Part shown: piece by piece, positions 35,401-42,380 of the stretch
How positions within the stretch are numbered: the first letter of the stretch is position 1
Layout of the letters: the number at the start of each line of letters is the position of its first letter
Assembly: GCA_963828495.1 (NCBI GenBank)
Contig: CAWHFJ010000013.1
Span: 7,952-71,951, forward strand
Direction: 5' to 3'
DNA from: Candidatus Omnitrophota bacterium
Lineage (GTDB): Bacteria > Omnitrophota > Gorgyraeia > Zapsychrales > Fredricksoniimonadaceae
DNA length: 64,000 nucleotides
Made by a program: the position numbers and the translations under genes
Notes under the pieces: model-generated
What the model saw: the letters and a program-made list of their open reading frames with translations, nothing else
What the model was told of the DNA's origin: nothing
Databases searched by the model: none

Positions 35401-37275
35401 GCCTGTCGGGCTCACGTCCAGGGAACCCGCCGGGGCTACGGAGCCGATCCCCACATTCCCGTTCATCACCGCCAATGCGGCTTCACCCGTTGCGCCGACA
35501 AAATTAGTACCAATGCCAACATTCCCTTTAACTACTAAACCATAAGAACCGCCAGCAGGTACCCATGTCCCTATTCCAACATTTCCATAGGGATAAATAG
35601 TAGTAGTTACGTTATGGTTGCCGAAAGTAATCGTATTGCTTCCGTTACCTGTGCAGTTATATCCATAACAGGCCTCGTTTGTGTCCCCGGAGTTATTGAG
35701 AGGAGCGGCGTTTTCTCCTACGAGTGTTAAATAAGTGTCATAAGTTTCGCTGCTTCCTGCGTTGTAGCCGACTGCGGTGTTATCTGTTCCTGTGGTGTTA
35801 GCATAGAGCGCTTGAAATCCATTTGCGGTGTTGTAAGAACCTGTGGTATTAGCTTGAAGTGCATAATATCCATTTGCGGCATTGCTGAGGCCCATGGTGT
35901 TACTTTTGAGAGCTTCATATCCAAATGCGGTGTTGCCAGTACCTGTGGTGTTATTATAAAGTGCCTGCACTCCACTTGCGGTATTCCAACTACCTGTGGT
36001 GTTCCAATAGAGCGCCGCCCATCCATTTGCGGTGTTTTGAACGCCTGTGGTGTTACTATAGAGCGCCTGATTTCCATACGCGGTATTATTTAAACTTCCT
36101 CCTGTCGTTGAAGCTCCAGCTTGATAACCGGCATAAATACTTGTAGTGTCTGTACGCAAAGTTAAAATAGTATTACCTGAACCGCCTGCCATAATACTAA
36201 AAGCCGTCCCAATACCGATGTTGCCGCCAGCTACATCCAGCAAATTCGCCGGCACCCATGTCCCTATCCCCACATTGCCGCTCATCACAACCAATCCCGC
36301 TCCAACTCCTGAAGTCGTTCCTATACCTACGGTGTTCGTAGTGCTTATCCCGACGTTGCCGGTGCCGCCGGCTAACGACCAATAGTTACTAACACTAGCC
36401 CATGATGTTTTACAACTACTGCCAAAACAAATCGTGCCTGTCGGACTCACGTCCAGGGAACCAGCCGGAGTTATGGAGCCGATACCCACATTGCCGTTCA
36501 TCACGCTCAAAGCCGAGCCCGGCACCCAGGTCCCTATCCCCACATTGCCGCCCATGACGCTCAAAACAGCAGTCGATGTCTTAGTCGTGCCAATGCCTAC
36601 ATTACCGTTACTGTCAACCGCAAAAGGATCGGAACCGTTGCTGACCTGAAACATCACCACCGGCGCCCAGGTGCCAATGCCCACATTACCATTCATGACA
36701 ACTAATCCCGCCCCAACCCCTGCAGTCGTTCCTATACCTACAGTATTCGTGGTGCTTATGCCGACGTTGCCGGTGCCGCCGGCTAACGACCAATAGTTAC
36801 TAGAACTCGCCCATGATGTTTTACAACTACTGCCAAAACATATCGTGCCTGTCGGGCTTACGTCTAACGAACCCGCCGGAGCTACGGAGCCGATCCCCAC
36901 ATTACCAACCACATTCAAAACCGATCCCGGCACCCATGTCCCTATCCCCACATTACCATTCATCACCGTCAATGCACCAAGTGGTGTGCTCGTCCCGATG
37001 CCGATGTTCATATTAACGTTGGTATTGAAAGGCATGTATGAGGCCATCGCCGGCAAGGCATGAGCCATGCAAAGGAAACCAATGAGCATAAAAACGATCG
37101 ATTTTTTACGATCTGCTTCTATTAATTCCCTGAGAATCGTCACAAAAGACGGGTCTTGCCCCCGCATTTTTCTATCGAGAGCTTTAATTTTGAGAAACTG
37201 GTATTGATCGGCGGTCAGATCAATAGAAGTCTTAATCATTCTCTCTTTGGGTTTTGAGGATTTCTTCTCAGCCAT
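32443..37275 (-). CDS. Giant fibre protein 1 (~1610 aa): RHH-like segment, TM/signal segment, GNVGIGT fibre repeats, S74-like C-terminal domain
   Basis: Uninterrupted ORF. Preferred start is MAEKKSSKPKERMIKTSIDL (ATG at 37275, same context GTAAAGGNATG as the paralogue). It has more than 30 GNVGIGT-type motifs and four 76-aa modules. The C-terminus is PGSLRKWKNI...YVGVMAEDAP plus a coiled coil. Confidence 0.85.
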   Translation of the reverse strand: MAEKKSSKPKERMIKTSIDLTADQYQFLKIKALDRKMRGQDPSFVTILRELIEADRKKSIVFMLIGFLCMAHALPAMASYMPFNTNVNMNIGIGTSTPLGALTVMNGNVGIGTWVPGSVLNVVGNVGIGSVAPAGSLDVSPTGTICFGSSCKTSWASSSNYWSLAGGTGNVGISTTNTVGIGTTAGVGAGLVVMNGNVGIGTWAPVVMFQVSNGSDPFAVDSNGNVGIGTTKTSTAVLSVMGGNVGIGTWVPGSALSVMNGNVGIGSITPAGSLDVSPTGTICFGSSCKTSWASVSNYWSLAGGTGNVGISTTNTVGIGTTSGVGAGLVVMSGNVGIGTWVPANLLDVAGGNIGIGTAFSIMAGGSGNTILTLRTDTTSIYAGYQAGASTTGGSLNNTAYGNQALYSNTTGVQNTANGWAALYWNTTGSWNTASGVQALYNNTTGTGNTAFGYEALKSNTMGLSNAANGYYALQANTTGSYNTANGFQALYANTTGTDNTAVGYNAGSSETYDTYLTLVGENAAPLNNSGDTNEACYGYNCTGNGSNTITFGNHNVTTTIYPYGNVGIGTWVPAGGSYGLVVKGNVGIGTNFVGATGEAALAVMNGNVGIGSVAPAGSLDVSPTGTICFGSSCKTSWVGANNYWSLAGGTGNVGISTTNTVGIGTTSGVGAGLVVMNGNVGIGTWAPAKPFSVTGDAYHNGNIGIGTTFVGGGGGEGALTVMNGNVGIGTWVTNGALDIMNGNVGIGTWVSLTTTLAVNGSIGATGNILENAAGSSTAAPRTFGFAPAFANGQAAQLQFGDNNNVIQNGYGERMQLSAYWGIEIHGAYAGVTGGFIAGTATDPALTVFGSNTATSDILDLDNKAGTVVYDVVTGAGNVGIGTATPVGGLVVTNGNVGIGTWTTSGGSLIVRVGNVGIGSVAPAGSLDVSPTGTICFGSSCKTSWASANNYWSLAGGTGNVGISTTNTVGIGTTSGVGAGLVVMNGNVGIGTWVPAVMFQVSNGFDPFAVDSNGNVGIGTIKTSTAALSVMNGNVGIGTWVPLVPLEIVGVGTTTANGGGLIITNGNVGIGVTSPAQNLDIRTGTFIFSVGNGNGTWLNYSPDGSGDFGVRSTGIMTFQPVMGGTWVGGALTITPTGNTGIGSYQPAGRLDVEGTIPIIFNGLNQAGGNVGIGTTIPVGGLDVESTNPIILNGKVSSVNITGGSLAAPAPATPDTLTLVGGDPSGINPRGIRMYTSDGSGNPYEHFTITASSWYAQAYFTNASVGIGTSASGSTLQVSGNAAIGYSASTAGPSNGLAISGSVGIGTWVPSYELDVKGGAIHVIDTANSITSPTVGTFIGRSDGAGEGMSQWGLVAGDPMMKIANGSWLGGGTSLNFGVNTTSNLDIIENASAGSSLEFGVYNVGGNPIPAMFVNSNGNVGISTTNPGVLLDVGNAGSQAGVIRLAGATSGTLAITVPATVTSWTMTLPAAQNPTAGFQLTVAAANSGVTSWAAPGSLRKWKNIIGLANSSDALDKILHTQVYRFRYKPGMGTGDSKTEYVGVMAEDAPWAMHYDGNIVNPVNTLGYMILGMQSLNNKINSVKTLEAQVEGLRVEIATMKEEIADLKSRIGN
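34300..34527 (-). repeat. 228-nt / 76-aa fibre module, copy 4 of 7
   Basis: Same module in gene 1 (…WASANNYW…), found with the anchor ccaatagtt at 34423. Confidence 0.85.
35221..35448 (-). repeat. 228-nt / 76-aa fibre module, copy 5 of 7
   Basis: Same module in gene 1 (…WVGANNYW…), anchor at 35344. Confidence 0.85.
36256..36483 (-). repeat. 228-nt / 76-aa fibre module, copy 6 of 7
   Basis: Same module in gene 1 (…WASVSNYW…, MSGNVGIGTW), anchor at 36379. Confidence 0.85.
36667..36894 (-). repeat. 228-nt / 76-aa fibre module, copy 7 of 7
   Basis: Same module in gene 1 (…WASSSNYW…), anchor at 36790. It is the counterpart of copy 3. Confidence 0.85.
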
Positions 37276-37417
37276 GCCTTTACCTGCCACAATATTTTTA
37301 TATAACGCTATAATTATATAAAATTGGAGGAAAAAAGCCACAGGAATTTCGATAATTTTCATCGGGAAATAAATGGTGACATCTACCAAATTATTGTATA
37401 CTTAAATAGGGTGAGAT

Positions 37418-37852
37418 ATGAATAACAGAAAAGGGTTTACTTTAGTTGAAATAACAGCGGCTCTGGTTATTATAGGCATTTTGGCCGCCATCACTGTCCC
37501 CCATTATACGGCTTATACCCAACAGGGTGCGGCCAGGGCTGCCCTGAATAATTTAATAACCATTTATGGGGCGCAAAATAATTACTATACGGGGACAAGC
37601 GGCAATGGCGCCTATTGTATCGCCGGTTGTGATACTCTGTCTGATATCAATACTAATCTGTTTTTGAACCTCGTTGACCCCAACTTCCAATATACCTGCA
37701 GTACAACCGCTACGCAAAACCCGAATCGTTCGACTGGATTCACATGCACAGCAACGGACAGTTACTTTACTCTGACCTTAACAGACGCTCATCTCGTGCC
37801 CTATGCTAACCCAAAATGTGTCCCTGCTGGTTCCACAACTTGCCCTGGTTAA
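37418..37852 (+). CDS. Type IV pilin / pseudopilin-like protein (prepilin-type N-terminal cleavage/methylation domain)
   Basis: MNNRKG|FTLVEITAALVIIGILAAITVP is a class III signal (G-1, F+1, E+5). The C-terminal domain has 6 Cys. An SD-like GGGTGAG lies upstream. It is the only credible plus-strand gene. Confidence 0.8.
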   Translation: MNNRKGFTLVEITAALVIIGILAAITVPHYTAYTQQGAARAALNNLITIYGAQNNYYTGTSGNGAYCIAGCDTLSDINTNLFLNLVDPNFQYTCSTTATQNPNRSTGFTCTATDSYFTLTLTDAHLVPYANPKCVPAGSTTCPG

Positions 37853-37870
37853 AAAGAGATTACTGCGGGA

Positions 37871-39067
37871 TTAGAGGACTTCTTTAAGACGCTTGGTGAG
37901 AAGAGGGATAATTTCGAAAATATCGCCGACAATGCCGTAATTAGCGACATTAAAAATCGGAGCGGACGGATCCCTGTTAATGGCAATGATAACGTCCGAG
38001 GACTGCATGCCGACCAAATGCTGGATCTGGCCGGAAATGCCGCAGGCAATGTAAATAGTGGGACATACAGTCTTCCCGGTCTGGCCGACCTGGTGGGAAT
38101 AGGGCATCCATCCCTCATCGACAGCAGCACGTGACGCACCCACCGCCCCATTCAAGACCTTGGCCAATTCTTCGAGCATTTTGAAATTCTGTGCCCCCCC
38201 CATGGCCCGCCCGCCCGAGACGATCACGTTGGCCTCGGCAATATTGACCGTCGATATGACCTCATCAACCACCTTTAAGACTTTGGCCCTTGAGATAAAA
38301 AAAGACTTGTCAAATTCAACAACTTCGATGGCGCCTTTTCTTTTGGGGTCAACGGCAGCTTCTTTCATTACCTTATGACGGACCGTGGCCAACTGAGGCC
38401 TGTGATGTTTGGAGAGGATCGTGGCCATAATATTACCGCCGAAGGCCGGCCGCGTCTGCAAAAGATAGCGTTCATCCATATTAACGTCCAAACCTGTGCA
38501 ATCCGCCGTCAGGCCAACACGTAACTGGACCGCAACTCTGGATACCACGGATCTTCCCATATTGGTGGCCGGACACAAAAAGATCTCAGGCCTATGCTTT
38601 CTAATGAGATTTGTCACGATCCTAGCATAGGGTTCCTCCAGCAAATGCTCAAGCTTGGGATTATCCATCACATAGACTTTATCCGCCCCGCGAGCAATCA
38701 AGTCTTGCGCTTTCTCTTTAATATTATGTCCCAAAAGAACGCAGGCTACCTCCACCTTCAGTTTATCCGCCAGCTCCCTGGCCTTCCCCAGCAATTCGTA
38801 GGTGACCGATTGGACAACACCTTTTCTCTGCTCTGCAAAGACCCAGACCCCTTTGTATTTTTCTATATCCGGTGTTTGGGTACTCGTGCGGACAATTTCA
38901 ATGGCGCAAAACTTGCGGCAGGCCTCCACACAGGAACTACACAGCGTACACTTGTCCAGATCGATTATGGCTTTCTTGTCAACTACCGTGATGGCCTCAA
39001 AAGGACAGGCCTTGACACAAAGCGCACAACCCGTACATTTATCTTGATAAACAGTGATCCCGCTCAA
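37871..39067 (-). CDS. etfA: Electron transfer flavoprotein alpha subunit with N-terminal 2x[4Fe-4S] ferredoxin domain
   Basis: CTGCALCVKACP and CTLCSSCVEAC motifs, then the ETF-alpha FAD domain (VVSGGRAMGG...ACGISGQIQHLVGM). Confidence 0.88.
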   Translation of the reverse strand: MSGITVYQDKCTGCALCVKACPFEAITVVDKKAIIDLDKCTLCSSCVEACRKFCAIEIVRTSTQTPDIEKYKGVWVFAEQRKGVVQSVTYELLGKARELADKLKVEVACVLLGHNIKEKAQDLIARGADKVYVMDNPKLEHLLEEPYARIVTNLIRKHRPEIFLCPATNMGRSVVSRVAVQLRVGLTADCTGLDVNMDERYLLQTRPAFGGNIMATILSKHHRPQLATVRHKVMKEAAVDPKRKGAIEVVEFDKSFFISRAKVLKVVDEVISTVNIAEANVIVSGGRAMGGAQNFKMLEELAKVLNGAVGASRAAVDEGWMPYSHQVGQTGKTVCPTIYIACGISGQIQHLVGMQSSDVIIAINRDPSAPIFNVANYGIVGDIFEIIPLLTKRLKEVL

Positions 39068-39848
39068 TGAAGTAACCCCTTTAAAGAATCGACCAGTTGA
39101 TCAACGACATGCTGCCCCTCGCCTTCAAAAATTTTTCCCTTGGGTTTGGGCGGGGGTGTGAAAATCTTCAACACCCAGGTCGGCGAACCTTTCAATCCAA
39201 TACGGTTTTCTTCTGCACCGATATCCGCCGCTTTCCAGATCTGTATGACCGCACTTTTAGCTTTCATCTTGCCTTTTAAAGAGGGCAGCCTGGGAGTATT
39301 GATTTCCTTGACCACCGTCATAAGACAAGGAAGCTTTGTCTCAACGACTTCATATCCATATTCTGTCATACGTTCGAGCCGTAATGGTCCCGTCTTTGAT
39401 ATCTTCGATCTTGCGCACATTAATGATTTGGGGAATATCAAGGGTCGCCGGCGATCCCGGGCCCGACCTGGGCCGTGTCCCCGTCAATGGCCTGTTTCCC
39501 GCAAAAAATCATATCATAATCTTTGATCTTCTCGATCGCTTTAGACAGGGTATAACTGGTGGCCAGGGTGTCTGAACCGGCAAATGCGCGATCACTGACT
39601 AAGATCGCCTCATCACAACCCAAAGAAATGGCTTCTCTTAAAGCTGATTCTGCCTGCGGGGGCCCCATGGTGAGAACTATGACTTTTCCGCCGAGTTTTT
39701 CTTTAAGGCGCAAGCCCTCTTCAATGGCATACATATCAAAAGGATTGATCATGGACTTGACACCTTCTCTGACAAGGTTATTGGTGGCCGGATCAATCTT
39801 GACTTCAGAGGTATCCGGCACTTGTTTTACACAGACAATGATGTTCAT
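39064..39848 (-). pseudogene. etfB: Electron transfer flavoprotein beta subunit, two frameshifts (near 39440 and near 39375)
   Basis: [16 protein letters not shown]...CGKQAIDGDTAQVGPGIA, then a third frame LDIPQIINVRKIEDIKDGTITA, then ...MTEYGYEVVETKLPCLMTVVKEINTPRLPSLKGKMKAK (39064..39441). Confidence 0.8.
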
Positions 39849-40998
39849 TTGGAGCTCTCTCTGATCAAACCCATGCCAATGATATTACGCTGGATCTGAT
39901 TTGTCCCTTCATAAATCTGGGTGATCTTGGCATCACGCATATATTTTTCAACAGGATATTCTTTCATATACCCATAACCGCCAAAGATCTGGACCGCATC
40001 CGTGGTGACCTTCATCGCCACATCCGAGGCATACATTTTAGCCATGGCCGAATGCACGCCGACATCCTTCACTCCGGCGTCCACTTCTCTTGCCGAAGCA
40101 TAAACTAAGGCCCTGGCCGCTTCTACTTCGGTCGCCATATCCGCCAGCATCCATTGGATCCCCTGAAAACTGGCGATGGTTTTATCAAATTGTTTTCTTT
40201 GCTTGGCATACTTAAGCGCTTCATCCAGCGCGCCCTGGGCAATGCCGACGGCTTGAGCGCCAATCCCCGGCCGGGACATATCAAATGTCCTCATCGCAGA
40301 AATGAATCCCATCCCTTCCTTCCCAATAAGATTTTCTGCAGGGATCTTGCAATTATTAAAAATCAGTTCACTGGTGGAAGAGGCGCGGATTCCCATCTTG
40401 TCTTCCTTTTTACCAAAAGTAAAACCCGGGTGCCTTTTTCAACAACAAAAAGACTGGCCCCCCGGGCCCCTCTGGATTTATCCGTCATCGCAATGATCGT
40501 ATAGATATCCGCATCTCCGCCGTTAGTGATGAAATGTTTGACCCCATTAAGGATATAGTGGTCGCCCTTTTTTTCAGCCGTTGTTTGAAGGGCGCTGGCA
40601 TCCGAACCCGCGGCAGGTTCTGTAAGACCAAATGCGGCCAGCTTTTCTCCTTTAGCTATTGCGGGAAGATACTTTTTCTTCTGTTCGTCGTTGCCGGCCA
40701 AAATGATCGGATAAGTCCCCAGCGCTGATGCGGAATAACAAATCGCAATCCCCGCGCACCCTTTGGAGAACTCTTCTGTCGCAAGGCATAACTCCAATAT
40801 GCCGCCGCCCATCCCGCCGTACTTTTCTTCAATATAGACCCCAAAAAGGTCCGATTGGGCGATGATCTTCATAATATCCCAGGGGAATTTTTCAGACCGG
40901 TCATATTCAGCCGCTACAGGACGGATTTTTTCATCTGTGATCTGGCGGGCCAGATCACGGATCATGATTTGTTCTTCTGTAAGCAAATAGTCTATCAT
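39845..40998 (-). pseudogene. Acyl-CoA dehydrogenase (butyryl-CoA dehydrogenase-like), one frameshift near 40428-40430
   Basis: The 40363..40998 piece ends FVVEKGT. Adding one C to the run restores [26 protein letters not shown], which continues as 39845..40396. Confidence 0.8.
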
Positions 40999-41180
40999 TA
41001 TGCCTCCTGATTATCATTGAATAAATCGGACACTGCTTTCGAACTAGCTGGATCTAATGTAAAATAGTCGGGGACGACGACCCACTTAATAAGCAATTAA
41101 GTATTCTTGAATAGTACCAATAATATCAAGGAACGTAAAGAATAAAGAATTATTTTTAAAAAATACTTACTATAGGGACT

Positions 41181-42362
41181 TCAGTGGTTGACATCAGCTT
41201 CATAATCAACACCATTAAAACCAAAACCGAAAAGTTTTAAAAAATCATCATTGTAACCCTGAATGTCAGCGACCTTAGGAAGATTCCCGCTATCGACCTG
41301 TTCCCAAAGGTGCCTGACTTCTTCCTGGACGTCACTGCGCATTTCCCAATCATCTATGCGCACACGCCCACGATCGTCAACGGGAATTTGGAACAGAGGC
41401 CGCCCATTGTACAGTCGCTCGGCAAAAAGACGATACATTTGATGGATACAATATTCCTTCAGCCCCTTTTGTTTCATGACCTTCATCAAAATGACAAAAT
41501 ACAAAGGAATAAAAGGAATAGCCGAAGAACTCTGGGTGACAAGGGCTTTGTTAACAGACACCAAGGCCCGGCCGCCATGTTTGCTGCATGAACCCATCGA
41601 GCCGTTGGGCCGTCGCCTCAAGATGGTCTTTGGCCGCGCCCAAGGTCCCGTTACGGTAAACCGGCTTTGTCACATCCGGACCGATATACGAATACGCCAC
41701 CGTGACTGCTTTAGGCGCCAGTAAATTCTCGGCATCCAAAGCCTCGATCCACAATTGCCAGTCTTCCCCTCCCATGACTTTAACGGTTTCTGCGATATCT
41801 TGCTCGGAGGCTGCTTCCAAAAGGATCGGGACCACCTGAATATTTTCAAAATCAATGGTCTTATTCTTGTACGAAGAGCCCTTGGGTTTAATGACCGATT
41901 TATAAATATAACCGGTTTTAGGGTCTACCCTACGGGGAGAGGCCAGCGAATAAATGACGCAGTCAACGCCTCCCCAATCCTCTTTGATCGCCTTGCAAAC
42001 ATCCTGCCGCATTTGATCAGAGAAGGCATCGCCATTAAACGAGCGGGAATAAAGGTTCGCTTTTTTTGCTTGGGATTCAAAGGCCGCAGAGTTATACCAA
42101 CCGGCTGTTGCCGTCCGGTGTTCCTCAGACGGCTTTTCAAAAAACACCCCCATCGTCGCAGCGCCGCAGCCAAAAGCCGCGGTAATGCGTGAGGCCAAAC
42201 CATAGCCGGTTGAAGCGCCGATCACTAAGACTTTCTTGGGGCCGCCGGTAATGGGGCTTGTGATTGCACGTAGGCAATCTGTTCTGCCACGTGAGCGGCA
42301 CAACCCACCGGATGGGCCGTGGTACAGATAAATCCCCGAATTTTAGGCTTGTAATCAATCAC
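41181..42362 (-). pseudogene. fabV: Trans-2-enoyl-CoA/ACP reductase (FabV/Ter family), two frameshifts (near 42255 and near 41600)
   Basis: [32 protein letters not shown] (own translation), then [23 protein letters not shown]...VKVMGGEDWQLW...AYSYIGP, then SVNKALVTQSSSAIPFIPLY...RIDDWEMR. It is collinear with Treponema Ter as I remember it. Confidence 0.8.
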
Positions 42363-42380
42363 TTAGGTCAAGCCAGAATA

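Noticed and set aside
30038-36894. Regularly recurring near-identical sequence blocks that could be mistaken for a CRISPR array
   Set aside because: The repeats are 228 nt long, coding and in frame within two large ORFs, and unevenly spaced (0.4-2.5 kb). There are no short 25-40 nt repeats with unique spacers and no cas genes.
29294-37063. More than twenty plus-strand ORFs of 60-130 aa inside the fibre genes (for example MPVGLTSNEPAGATEPIPTLPT..., ICGVVRACGV... repeats)
   Set aside because: They lie antisense to one long uninterrupted minus-strand ORF. Their repeats mirror the GNVGIGT and NTTG repeats of that ORF. They have no independent start or SD context. They are shadow ORFs created by low-complexity repeats.
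28786-37275. Prophage or phage-tail remnant, suggested by the tail-fibre-like repeats and the S74 chaperone domain
   Set aside because: No capsid, portal, terminase, baseplate, tape-measure, integrase or lysis genes occur anywhere in the window. The flanks are a MarR-RND operon and etfA. The proteins carry membrane or signal segments typical of cellular surface proteins.
37849-38151. 100-aa minus-strand ORF overlapping etfA in another frame
   Set aside because: It lies entirely inside the well-supported etfA reading frame. Its Pro/Arg/Ser-rich composition and lack of an SD mark it as spurious.
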